A DNA stretch of 64,000 bases from Eledone cirrhosa (Eukaryota). Shown in pieces: positions 49,676-62,681 of this stretch. The stretch's first letter is position 1, and every line of letters begins with the position of its first letter. Made by a program: the position numbers and the translations under genes. The notes beneath the pieces were generated by a model. That model was given only the letters and a program-made list of their open reading frames with translations. It was not told where the DNA came from and made no database searches. The stretch covers positions 5,766,001-5,830,000 of the forward strand of contig OZ024762.1 in NCBI GenBank assembly GCA_964016885.1. Direction: 5' to 3'.

Positions 49676-50789
49676 CGAGTTCATCGTTCAATGCAATAGC
49701 TAAAACTTCCCCAGTTTTCACTGCCATACTATCTTCTTTTAAACAGGGATAACATGGATCAGTGAGAGAATTCCTATATAGTTACTTGGAACATACTTGA
49801 TGTGATTGATTAGCAACCAAATCACACACACATTCTTTAAAATATGGAACACATAGGCTATTGATGGAGCCTGTAGCACACACACACACACACAGACACA
49901 GAGCCATTTCTCACACACAATGCAGATCAATCACTTCTACCCTATGTTAACACACAGAATCAACATAAATTTACTTTCCTTTTCCTATATTTATATTTGG
50001 CCACATTGCCGTCTAGCCAACTTGTTGATTGATTATGATTTGCTGAGGATTTCAAATAAGACCGCAATTTTCCTGGTGATTTCACTAAGCTGATTTATAG
50101 ACAATATCCACTTCATTGTCATATATTATTCCGAAAGTTCTAGGACTAACCAAAACTATAGGAGTTATCTCCCATGCTTGTTTATTATTGAAGATAGTTT
50201 CAGTCTTGAAACTGCAAGGATAGTCTAAGTTGACTGAAGTTATATTTTTCCCTTCTTTTCTTCTTCTTCTCCCACTTGTTCCTGAAAGGGTCATGGGGGG
50301 GGGGGGGGTTTCAAACACTCCCACCAGCAGGTCCTGTCAAAAGTAACTGTCTTCAATTGATTCAGCTGGATCCCTACATGAGACCAGCCAAACTCATGGA
50401 AGTTGACCAAGCATCAGGTCCAGAGTCTATCCCTGGGTCTCCTATCAATTTGTTTTTCCCATAAAATCTGTCCAGTGAGTGATTCTTTCCCGAGACACTC
50501 TAAACTCATGTCGGTCATATTGGAAGTGTGATCTCTTAATTCAGAGAAGTAGCAGCTCTACCCGAAGTGACTCCCCCATTTCTGGGCTACACACTCTATT
50601 GAGTAACATTTCTCATATTCAGACTGTATGTAAATTCCTCTCAAACAACACCCTACCATCCTCAGAAAGGAAAGGATACATTAGCTAATGCAGTTGACAA
50701 CATACCCTTATAAAGACAGGATGGTCACAGATGAAACAGCTGTGATTGTTGGACTAGAACATGACCAAATAAACACACACACACACACA

Positions 50790-50827
<38 letters not shown>

Positions 50828-51957
50828 TAAGTTATTCCAGGTTGAATTGGAGGTAACCACAGTAAGTAAGGTACTCAATACATAGCAGAGTATAAAAGTT
50901 TTAATATAGATGAGATTCTACAGGACTAGAACTGTTTCATTCTTTAGAAATCATCAGTCCTGTAGAATCTCATCTATATTAAAACTAGAGAGAGAGAGAG
51001 ATGTAAAATCCTGACTGCGGCGCCAAGTGGTTTCGGCTTCTGTATTGTTCAGCAAGCCTTTTCAAGGGTGTAGTAATATTTTGTAGGGTGAGAAAAAGTA
51101 GGTCACTAGTCTTGGTAGTGCTTTGGTTGAATTTATCATAGTAGTAAACTGGTCTGATGGAGAGGGGGGGGGGGGGCAGAGAGAGGATAGGTAAGGGGTC
51201 AGGTGAAGGAAGTAGTGTGGGTAGAGTTAGGGCTGGTTAGTGGGTAAGAGTGGAGTAGGGACATAATAGTCAGCACCGCAAACTCTCTCTCTCTCTCTAG
51301 CAGCTATATAATGGGAAACTAAATAATACACTGACCATGTATCAACTAAAGGTAGAGGTGAAAACGTATAAGACTATTGCCCTGCATTAAGCATATACGT
51401 GTGTGCTTGTGTATGTATGTGTGTGTGTGTGTGTGTGTGTATTATGCATGTGTATGTATTTTTGTGTATGTATGTATGTATGTGTATATGCGTGTGCATG
51501 TATGTATGTATATATGTGTCTGTATGTGTGTATGTATATGTGTAAATATAGGGCTAAACAACAGTATTAGTTAAACCTCATGTCTTCTCATCCCCCCCAC
51601 CCACCCACACACCCACCCACACACCCACACACCCACACACTCTACAGTTGAAAATGGTAACAAAAGCTTGCTTTCATGTTTGGATTAGCAAAGGGACAGA
51701 TTGATAGACAGAGAGACAGACAGAGACAGAGGGAGAAATAGAGAAATCAATAGAGGGAGGCATTGGAAGGAATCCTGGCTCACCAGATGAAAAGTAGCTG
51801 AAAATAATGCCTGAAATTAGAAAAACACAGGGCAACAAAAAATTAACATTGCAGCGATGACAAATTATTGCTGCAATGAGAAGGTATTAACTGTGGTGAC
51901 AGATTATTGACAGTGATGACACATTATTGACCGTGGTGACAGGTTATTGACCGTAGT

Positions 51958-52735
51958 GACAGGTATGGAAGGCCTATATATAACAGGTATGGAAGGCCTT
52001 TGGTAAGATGTATGGAGGCCTATATATATAACAGGTATGGAACACCTATATATAACAGGTATGGAGGCCTATATATAACAGGTATGGAAGACCTATATAT
52101 AACAGGTATGGAAGACCTATATATAACAGGTATGGAAGACCTATATATAACAGGTATGGAGGCCTATATATAACAGGTATGGAAGGCCTATATATAACAG
52201 GTATGGAGGCCTATATATAACAGGTATGGAAGACCTATATATAACAGGTATGGAGGCCTATATATAACAGGTATGGAGGCCTATATATAACAGGTATGGA
52301 AGACCTATATATAACAGGTATGGAGGCCTATATATAACAGGTATGGAGGCCTATATATAACAGGTATGGAGGCCTATATATAACAGGTATGGAAGGCCTA
52401 TATATAACAGGTATGGAAGACCTATATATAACAGGTATGGAAGACCTATATATAACAGGTATGGAGGCCTATATATAACAGGTATGGAAGACCTATATAT
52501 GACAGGTATGGAAGGCCTTTGGTAACAGGTATGGAAGGCCTTTGGTAAGATGTATGGAGGCCTATATATAACAGGTATGGAGGCCTATATATAACAGGTA
52601 TGGAAGACCTATATATAATAGGTATGGAAAGCCTTTGGTAACAGGTATGGAAAACCTTTGGTAACAGGTATGGAATGCCTTTGGTAACAGGTATGGAAGG
52701 CTTATATATAATCGGTATGGAAGGCCTTTGGTAAT
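51958..52735 (+). repeat. 23/24-bp minisatellite
   Basis: ACAGGTATGGA(A)G(G/A)CCTATATATA, about 30 copies. Confidence 0.92.
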
Positions 52736-52885
52736 AGATATCAGAGGCCTTTGAAGAATAATGTGAAAGGAATGAATTATAAATTTAGTGTGAGATTGAA
52801 AGTGAGAGTAAGGGTGAAATAAGAGTGTGAGTGATCATGAGAGTGTGAGCGAGGGTGAAGTGATAGGTGTGTTATCAATACCTAC

Positions 52886-52938
52886 CAAAATCGAAATCAA
52901 TATATTCACATCTTTCCCCTCCATAGGTTTTAGGACAT
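52886..52938 (-). CDS. EGF ligand coding exon 3 (CPKTYGGERCEYIDFDF)
   Basis: tttctctttcag acceptor, phase 2 in. Supplies EGF Cys5-6 with the Y-x-G-x-R-C motif. G|gtaggt donor, phase 1. Confidence 0.88.
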
Positions 52939-54934
52939 CTGAAAGAGAAAGAGGAGATATGTGATACAAAATGGAGTGGAAATATTGTGGAGGATAATAT
53001 ATTACACTGATGTATCGTGGGTTTACCTTCCCTTGGGAAGTGACTGTTTCTGCACATGCATATTCGTACAGTTGCTTTTCCTTTTCCACACTCATTTAAA
53101 CCAAGCTGATGATCTGAATAAGGTGAAACAATTGTTTTTGATAATGGTGAACTAACTGCTATATATATATATTGTTATATTTGGGGAGGGTCATATTGTT
53201 TAATAATATTGCCAGAAATAATAACAGAACACACTCACTGTTTGGTTTGGGTTGGTTTTCGCTTCTGTATCTTTATATCTCCATAGTTAATTTATCTGGC
53301 AATCAATGTTTATCATTGATTGACCAACGGTTAAAAATACAGATAGTCAGTCAGATGTGAGTTACAAGTGGGCATAGCTACTCATCTCTCCATCTCTCTT
53401 AACTTTTGAAAGTCATGAAACTTGTGAAACTGGTAAAGTTATAAGTTATTGTAAATAAACCTTCTTAAAGACTCCAATTTAATTTTCATCTTTTTCCTAT
53501 ATATATATATATAGAGAATTGAAGTCAGTGTTACAACGTGTACAAACTTTATTGGCTTATTACAATTGTTTTGATATCGATCAGCTCAGAATAGAATCAA
53601 GGTGATGGGACCTGACTCTTTATTGACATCTCGTCAGATATGCGAGCTTATATATGTGCAACAAATCTTCAATGAAAGACATCTCGATTCCTCTCAATGA
53701 TACCTATTTATATAAACTGATCTCAGGACCTCTGTCAGCGGTTTAGATGTGTCTTTGCACCTTTGCACATATAAGCTCGCATATCTGATGAGATGTCTTC
53801 CGATATCATTTCGGAAGAAGGATCAGGATGGAGAGAGAGATGCTCAACCCCAGTCGTTTTTATGAAAGGTGGGTGAAAGTGGCGAGAATGGCCCGTGTGA
53901 ATGGGCCTTCTCTCTACATCAGCCTGTAGGTGGAAAAGAGGAAGGAACGAGGGAGCACCCTCTCTCTGTGCTCCTGAGGAGAGGGGGTTGCACACTTTTT
54001 TCGGGGGTGTGTGCGACCCCCCAAACGCCCCCTCCCTATTGAGGACTTCATTGTTAATTTTATATTTGTTTTCTTTACTCGCCTTTTTGTGTAAACTCCC
54101 CCTTGTATTTGTCCCCTTCTTTTGCGCCCTAGTGGCAATAAATAGAAATCTATCTGATGAGATGTCAAAAAAGAGTCGGACGCCATCATTTTGATTGTAC
54201 TCTGAGCTGAATTGATATCAAAGCAATTGTAATAAGCCAATAAAGTTTGTACACATGTTGCAACACTGACTTCTATTCTTTATATATATATATAGGAAAA
54301 AGATGAAAATTAAATTGGAATCTTTAAGAAGGTTTATTTACAATAACTTATAACTTTACCAGTTTCACAAGTTTCATGACTTTCAAAAGTTAAGAGATGG
54401 AGAGATGAGTAGCTGTGCCCACTTGTAACTCACATCTGACTGATGTTAGGAATTTCTTTCAGTTTTATGCAAAAAAAAGTAGCTCAGATTACTATATGTT
54501 TGAAGTACAATCTGATAGGCTAAGGATGATCATGTGATCAGGCAGTTCTTTCAGTTTTATGCAAAAACGTGGCTCAAATTGCTATCTGTTTTAAAGAATA
54601 ATTTGAGACTGAGAATGATCATGTGATTAGACATGGGACTGTCTTGGCTTAGTGAATATGGACAGTGAGAATTCATGTCTGTTTTTCATGTCCAGTGGTC
54701 AAGTTGGTATTGTCTTTGTGGCAATCACCAACATGTTGAAGTACAGGATGTGTGTGTGTGTGGTGTGTGGTGTGTGGTGTGTGGTGTGTGTGTGTGTGTG
54801 TGTGAGTGCATCCATGTGTGTGTTAGGTTGTTACAGTACAGTATGTGCAGAAATATATTTTCTTTATTTTGACACGTACACACATTTTCAACTTCTTTTT
54901 CCTATCCATGTTGGGATATATTAAATGTCACTAT

Positions 54935-55690
54935 CATATAACATCCTCTACATTCACCACCCATGTCTCACTCCCATGTAACACCCTCTACATTCACTAC
55001 CCATGTAACATCCTCTACATTCATCACCCATATTTCTCTACCATGTAACATCCTCTACATTCACCACCCATATCTAACTACCATGTAACATCCTCTACAT
55101 TCACCACCCATGTCTCACTCCCATGTAACACCCTCTACATTCACTACCCATGTAACACCCTCTACATTCACTACCCATGTCTCACTCCCATGTAACACCC
55201 TCTACATTCACTACCCATGTAACACCCTCTACATTCACTACCCATGTAACACCCTCTACATTCACTACCCATGTAACACCCTCTACATTCACTACCCATG
55301 TAACACCCTCTACATTCACTACCCATGTAACACCCTCTACATTCACTACCCATGTAACACCCTCTACATTCACTACCCATGTAACACCCTCTACATTCAC
55401 TACCCATGTAACACCCTCTACATTCACTACCCATGTAACACCCTCTACATTCACTACCCATGTAACACCCTCTACATTCACTACCCATGTAACACCCTCT
55501 ACATTCACTACCCATGTAACATCCTCTACATTCACTACCCATGTAACACCCTCTACATTCACTACCCATGTAACACCCTCTACATTCACTACCCATGTAA
55601 CATCCTCTACATTCACCACCCATGTCTCACTCCCATGGAACATCCTCAACATTTACTGCCCTTGTCTCCCTGCTATGTAACATCACATTC
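54935..55690 (+). repeat. 27-bp minisatellite derived from RTE coding sequence
   Basis: CATGTAACACCCTCTACATTCACTACC repeats; the - strand flank reads MFHGSETWVVNVED. Confidence 0.92.
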
Positions 55691-55774
55691 CTCACATAGA
55701 CATTTTACGATCTACCCTTTCTTGCCAACGGTATTTGACTGCTTATTTTATCAACATTGCAAACACACACACAA

Positions 55775-55810
<36 letters not shown>

Positions 55811-55869
55811 AAAAAAATAAAAAGGATCGATCTTGAAAAGAGAAGGAAAGAAAGAAGCGATGTACTTAC

Positions 55870-56083
55870 TTACAGGCAGAAGCCCTAACGTTGCCAAGCA
55901 TCATAGAAAAACATGTACCTTCATTGAGACATCCCGTCTTAGATATTTCTGACTTCGTACAGTTGAATAAGTTGGGTTTGTGCGTGGTAGTAGGGATAGA
56001 GGAGATGGGGAAGGAAGAGGAGGTGGTCGTTGTCGTGGTTGTCGTGATTGGACCAAGCACCCGAGATTTACGGCTGCAGGCAT
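55870..56083 (-). CDS. Spitz/TGF-alpha-like EGF ligand, coding exon 2 (DACSRKSR, Thr-rich stalk, EGF Cys1-4)
   Basis: (D)ACSRKSRVLGPITTTTTTTTSSSFPISSIPTTTHKPNLFNCTKSEISKTGCLNEGTCFSMMLGNVRASAC(K)|gtaagt. Phase 1 to 2; an intron between Cys4 and Cys5 is typical of ErbB/EGFR ligands. Confidence 0.88.
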
Positions 56084-57714
56084 CTGTGTGTGTGAGAGAG
56101 AGAGAGAAAGGAAGAGATGTGAGACAGAAAAATGTCTTTATGTGTGTGTATATATATATATATATGTTAGAATTGGTGCTCTAAAGCGAGTGCTAAGCTC
56201 TGATGATTACCAACAGTATGAAACAGATCTGTCAGCCTATCTCCCTTTGTTTGCAATCATTGTGATAGGTCGGTGGCCATGTATGTCCATCCAGTAGTGA
56301 AGTGGTTCAGCATATACGTAAGCATCTGACGAAGCCATATGAATAACCATGTAACAGAAATATATATAATGCAACAAACAATTACGGTGATTTAATCCCG
56401 TTTACATCATCATCGTTTAATGTCTATCTCCTACGCTAGCATGGGTTAGACGGGTTTGTCCCAGTTAGAGGCAAGTTGGGTCGGGTCGAGTGACCACGTC
56501 TCACTCATATAGAACTGTTTCTAACTGGTTTTCTATGACTGGATGCCCTTCCTAACACCAACCACATTTACAGTGTGTGCTGGGTGCTTTTTGTTGTGAC
56601 ACCTACACAACCACTTTACAGTGTGGGCTGGATGTTTTGTGGTACCATCATAACATACATATACACACACATATATCACGACGATATATATATATATATA
56701 TATATATACTTGTGCATATATACATATATCATCATCACCACCATTTTACATCTATTTTCCATGCTAGCATGGGTTAGATGAATTATCCTGTTGTGGGCAA
56801 TGCTAGGTCAGATGACCTTGTCTTGCTCATACAGGACTGATTCTGGCTTGATTTCTAAAGCTGGATGCCCTTCCTAATGCCAACCTCATTTACAGTGAGT
56901 GCTAGGTGCTTTTTTTTGTGACACCTACACGACCACTTTACAGTGTGTCCTGGGCACTTTTTGTCGTGACACCTACACGACCACTTTATAGTGTGGGCTG
57001 GGGGCTTCACTGGATGTATTTACTTCGGCCTGTCCTCATGGGGGTGTATAGGAGGGTGGGTTGGGGCATACTGTATATATGCTTCAGCTTGTGCTCGTGG
57101 GAAGTTGGGGCTTCTGTATTACTGCTTAGTGCCAGAGATCTTTGTCCCGTGTCATCGCCTTTGAGAGGTGCCATTGGGCAAGGTCAGCTTTTATCACCTT
57201 ATCCCAAGCCTTCTTGGGTCTCTCCACTCCATGGCTTCCATCGACTTTGAGTGCTCTGCACCTTTTTATACAGCTGTCATCCTTCATACGCATCACATTT
57301 CCATACCAACGTAATCTCCTCTCTTACACACAACATTTGATTCCTCTTATGCCTAGTCTCTCTCTCAATTTGTTTATGCTACGTTGTTCTCATATATTAC
57401 TATTATACATCCATCGGAGCATGAAAGCTTAACTATCATTAAATCCCGCCGAGGTTAACTTTGCCTTTCATCCTCACGGGGTCGATAAAAATAAAGTACA
57501 AGTAATGTACTGGGTAATTGCTGGCCTTGTGCCAAAAGTAGAAACAATTATTTGATTTATTACAAATTCCGGTTGGTTGGTTCAATAACCAAATGGTTGT
57601 TTATTTATTGTCAAAGCTCTTTCGTCACACATTCTATGACCTTCTTAGAGACTGATGTGTTATTCTGTGTCTCTTTTTTTCTGTCCTACACCACCTTGTT
57701 TTAGTGTATTGTGC

Positions 57715-58270
57715 ACCAACCAAGTTCTGTAGCCCCGATGGTTCTATAGAAATAGTCGACACTTTCTGTTACCTGGGTGATGAAATCAACAGTGGAAGAG
57801 GGTGTTCTGAAAGTACAGTAGCCAGAGTAAGAAACAAAAGGTTTTTCCCTAAAAATGAAGGGCAGATTGTACGATCCTTGAATACGAACAACGCTGTTAC
57901 ATGGTAGTGAGACCTGGGCATTGTGCGCAGGGAACCTGCACAGGTTGAAAAGAAATGAAGCATGCATGCTCCGATGGATGTGTAATAGTAATGTACACAA
58001 ACAGAAAATCATAAATGAACTAAGTGAGATATTAGGCATAAGAGAGATCAGATGCAGTATGCTAGAGAGGAGATTGTGTTGGTATAGTCATGTGATGCAG
58101 CTGTATAAAAAGGTGCAGGGTAATCAAAACTGATAGAAGCTATGGAGTTGGAAGACCCAGTAAGACCTGGGAGGAGGTGATTGAAGGTGACCTTGTATAA
58201 TTGCAGCTCTCAAAGACAATGACACAGGATCAAGATCTTTGGTGTTATGCAATAATACAGAAGACCCTGC
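57715..58270 (+). mobile_element. Decayed RTE LINE 3' fragment
   Basis: IEIVDTFCYLGDEINSGRGCSES...LHGSETW...RNEACMLRWMCN...RRLCWYSHVM. A related fragment lies at 57150-57430 (-). Confidence 0.8.
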
Positions 58271-58652
58271 GCACAGACTCAAACATACACCCAGTAGCCA
58301 CCTCTTAACCCACTGTATCCCCTTCTATACGCCCGCACACCACCCTCCCACTTCTGTCCACACCACCCTTATACTGTAAAGTTGTTGGTATCACAAAAAC
58401 ATCCAGCCCACATTGTAAAATGGTCGTGTAGGTTTCACGACAAAAAGCACCCAACCCACATTGTAAAGTGGTTGTGTAGGCATCAAGACAAAAAGCACCC
58501 GGTACTCACTGTTAATGAGGTTGTGGAAACAAAGCCAAAATCGGTTCTGTATGAGTATGACATGGTCACCTGACCTAGCATTGATCACAAGATAACTTGT
58601 ATAACCCATGCCAGCGTGGAAAAATGGATGTTAAACAGTGATAATGACGATG

Positions 58653-58682
<30 letters not shown>

Positions 58683-58685
<3 letters not shown>

Positions 58686-58879
58686 AGTGTGCTGAAAAGT
58701 TCATAGGCTGACTATAAAGGAGTGAATCTAGAGCTGTGAAATCTTGCATGCATTAATTTCAACTCTTCTTATTAATAACTGCATTGTTTCTTTCCAGGAA
58801 CTATGTTGAAAAATAAACCTCATTTGATCATTCCATGAGAGTATCTTGGTCTATTATGAACTTTTCAGCTGGCTCTCAT
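58683..58879. mobile_element. Mariner-type MITE remnant
   Basis: Imperfect TIRs GCTGAAAAGTTCATA / TATGAACTTTTCAGC in a TA context. Confidence 0.55.
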
Positions 58880-58903
58880 ATATAGAAAGTATTCGGTACT
58901 TAC

Positions 58904-58961
58904 CGACAAAACTTTGAAGCGCTAGTCCAAGAATAAAAAGAACTGTAAACAATAGTTGCAT
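58904..58961 (-). CDS. Spitz/TGF-alpha-like EGF ligand, coding exon 1 (signal peptide MQLLFTVLFILGLALQSFV)
   Basis: ATG at 58961, hydrophobic signal-like segment, G|gtaagt phase-1 donor. A possible acceptor at 59006 would place further 5' sequence upstream. Confidence 0.75.
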
Positions 58962-59759
58962 AATTTGGTGCTGATTGTGGAATTGTGGAACCTCAGTATG
59001 TACTCCTGGGTAATAGTGGGGTAGGTGTGATCATTGGAGCTCCTGGAAACAACAACATTGATATGGTCAACAAGTGGGTAGTGGGGTGGATACATGGATA
59101 AAAAGGTGGGTAGTTGGGTATGATCATTGGAGCTCCTAGAATTAACATCATTGATATGGTTAACTGGTGGGTGGGTAGGTGGGTAAATGGATAGGTTGGT
59201 GGGTAGATGGATAGGTAGGTAGGTGTGATGAGTTGAGGGTTAGTAAGTAACAGTAGGATGAGAAAACCACTTGAAATGGTGAGATAATTGGATATGGATA
59301 AAGATGAACAAAATATTTTGCCAGATTATGGTGCAGATGAGTACATATGTGGTATTTAACTGCCATGCCAGTGACGTACGTGTAGGAACCATATTATCCA
59401 TTATAGCTAAGGAGTATCATTTCACCAGAAGAATCATTCTAGCTATCCACAGAATGGTTCTTTCTCCCCAACAACACCTTTAAGAGACACAAGCTGTGAC
59501 CCTACATCATGAGAGTCCTTCAAACAACTCACAAAACTTCCAAGAGACAAGCTGTGACCCTACATCACGAGAGTCCTTCAAACTCCTCACAAAACTTCCA
59601 AGAGACACAAGCTGTGACAGTAATGGTTTGAAACTGGGTGGGTTGAAAAACCTTGTCTCACTCATGTCTTCCTATTTAGGCCTTGTTTTTAAGGCTAGGG
59701 AGGTTGTCACGCCCTTGACACAACTTACTCTTCCTAACCCCAACCACTTTACACAGGCT

Positions 59760-60282
59760 AGGTACATTTTATTATGACACCAACATTTCTAATTTACATA
59801 TTTACATTTTATCATGACACCAACATTTCTAATTTACATATTTACATTTTATCAAGACACCAACATTTCTAATTTACATATTTACCTGGGTACATTTTAT
59901 CATGGCACCAACATTTCTACTTTACATATTTACCTGGGTACATTTTATCATGACACCAACATTTCTACTTTACATATTTACCTGGGTACATTTTATCATG
60001 GCACCAACATTTCTATTTTACATATTTACCTGGGTACATTTTATCATGGCACCAACATTTCTACTTTACATATTTACCTGGGTACATTTTATCATGGCAC
60101 CAACATTTCTATTTTACATATTTACCTGGGTACATTTTATCATGGCACCAACATTTCTACTTTACATATTTACCTGGGTACATTTTATCATGGCACCAAC
60201 ATTTCTATTTTACATATTTACCTGGGTACATTTTATCATGGCACCAACATTTCTACTTTACATATTTACCTGGGTACATTGT
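59760..60282 (+). repeat. 48-bp minisatellite
   Basis: GGTACATTTTATCATGGCACCAACATTTCTA(C/T)TTTACATATTTACCTG, about 9 copies plus shorter lead-in units. Confidence 0.92.
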
Positions 60283-60939
60283 ACGAGGAATACATTCAGA
60301 AATAGGACAGCCACTGATGGCTGGGAATTCTATCCTGAGTATTCAAGGAATTTCTCTGCAGTGTGAATAGGTTAGTGTGTGGGGAAGGGAAAGGTGAATA
60401 GGCTGAAGTGAGTGTGAGTGGGGGAGTATACGAGTGGGGGAGTATACGAGTGAGGGAGTGTGTGTGGAGTGTGAATAAGCTGGAGTGAGTGTGAGGAGTA
60501 TACGAGTGAGGGAGTGTGTGTGGAGTGTGAATAAGCTGAAGTGAGTGTGAGGAGTATACGAGTGAGGGAGTGTGTGTGGAGTGTGAATAAGCTGAAGTGA
60601 ATGTGAGTGCAGGGGGAGGGGATAAGAGTGAGGGTGTGTGAATAATTTGAAGTGTGAGTGAGTGTGTGTGGGGGTGGGGGGGGTATGAATGGAAGTGAAC
60701 ATGTATGTGAAAATGTGAGTGAATGTATGTATAACAGAATGTGTGTGTGTGTGTGAAAGAGTGAGTGTTGGTGTATGGGAGATTGATATGTGAATGAAAG
60801 TGAGGGGGGGGGGGGGGGGTAGTGAATGTGAAAAAGAGAGTAAGTGTGTAAATGAATATATATATGTATGTGTTACTATGCCTGTGGGTTTATATAAAGC
60901 TATGCAAATATACATACAAACATATATACATGGTGGCTG

Positions 60940-61500
60940 CCAACTCGTTTTCGAGTACGGCCACTACTCTATATCCATGTAGGAGAACCCCTACCGATGC
61001 GCTGAACGAGTGCGACTTTAGTCCAGCCAGCGACTTGAAAACTCTGGTACAAACACTACACTTGTGACAATTACTGACACATAGTGCTGGGCCCATGGCA
61101 CCATGTGATGACAAGTGCAGAGAGATCTCCAGATATAAAGCAATGCCTGTGCCGTGAAGCTTTTATAGTGAGCAAAGGCACTGCACAAAGCCAGTCCCAC
61201 TCTCTTAACCAAGATGATATTTACCAAAAAGAAGAACAAGTCAATATCATTGGATACCATCAGGGTTGCAGGTGTTATATCAGAGTTTTCCTTCTCCTAG
61301 AATTCTGCCTTGACAAAGGCTAAGGGGTCATCTCTCCCGGTGATTTTAGATGGCCATTGACTCTTAAGAGCTCCTTTGCCCTTTGACAGGTTTTGTTTTT
61401 AGTCCTGCAGGATGTCCAAAGTCACCCTCCTCACCAAGAAACCTTGGTGGGGTTGCCAGTTTAGTCGCCAACGACCCGACCATGAGACAGGTTGTACTGG
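60940..61500 (-). mobile_element. RTE/BovB-like remnant (terminal CxxC..F.S..GL.SH finger plus UTR-like sequence)
   Basis: HKCSVCTRVFKSLAGLKSH on the - strand. Confidence 0.5.
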
Positions 61501-62033
61501 GAAACATGTTACCAGTATAACCTGTTATATAACCTATAACATATATACATACATACATATGAACACACATACATATATACAGACACACACATACATATAG
61601 ACACACGTACATATATACAGACACACACATACATATAGACACACATACATATATACAGACACACACATGCATATAGACACAGACACACACATACATATAG
61701 ACACAGACACATACGCACATACATATACACACAGACACATACATATACACACACATACAGTTAAGGCACATGGCTGAGTACTTAGGGTGTTTGATTCAGG
61801 CTGGTAGGTTCAATTCAGGGTGGTGCATTGTGTCCTTGAGCAAGACACTTTATTTCACGCTGTGCCAATCGACTCAGCTGACAAAAATTAGTTGTAACAA
61901 TAATACAAAGGGCCAGCCTTGTCCCAATCTGTCTCATGCTGAATCTCCCTGCGAACTACATTAAGGGTACACAATATAGGGTCTGTGAGGATTCTTCAGT
62001 CTAGACATACATGCACAAAATAGAGTTTCAGGT

Positions 62034-62370
62034 ATCATCATCATCATTTTACGTCCGCTTTTCCCTGCTTGCAAGGGTGGGATGGGAACTGATTCTGGCT
62101 TGATTTCTACAGCTGGATGCCCTTCCTAACACCAACCTCATTTACAGTGAGTGCCGGGTGCTTTTTTGCCGTGGCACCTCCACGACCATTTTGCAGTGGA
62201 ATGATAGGGACTGGGGTCCCTATCATCTCATTTCTACAGCTGAGTAAACTGGAGCAATGTGAAATGAAGTGTCTTGATCAAGGAAACAACACATTACCCT
62301 GTCTGAGAATTGAACTCACAACCTTTCGATTGCAAGGCCAATGCTCTAACCACTAAGCCATCTGCCTCCA
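62034..62370 (-). mobile_element. SINE family B copy
   Basis: Reverse complement of the 5114-5465 element, with a (CAT)n tail on the + strand. Confidence 0.82.
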
Positions 62371-62537
62371 CATATGTACATAGAAATAGATACACATACA
62401 TAGATATACACATATATATACACAACACAGAGAAAATATACATACATATATATATATATATATGTATATTTGTATATATATGTTGTGTATATATGTATAT
62501 ATATATATATATGTTGTGTATATATGTATATATATGT

Positions 62538-62575
<38 letters not shown>

Positions 62576-62650
62576 CACAACACAGAAAATATACATACAT
62601 ATATATATATACACAACACAGAAAATATACATACATATATATATATATAC

Positions 62651-62681
<31 letters not shown>

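Noticed and set aside
55110-55820. 236-aa (HYPCNTLYI)n and 150-aa (CYMGSECRG)n ORFs resembling metal-binding or structural repeat proteins
   Set aside because: A 27-bp minisatellite open in several frames with almost no synonymous variation, traceable to an RTE remnant, and intronic.
59814-60366. 16-aa repeat ORFs (TFYHGTNISTLHIYLG)n
   Set aside because: A 48-bp minisatellite open in two frames; variation is not codon-structured.
61250-61490. Possible HDV-like ribozyme in an RTE-type UTR
   Set aside because: I could not assign the nested P1/P1.1/P2/P3 pairings by eye; it needs a covariance-model search.
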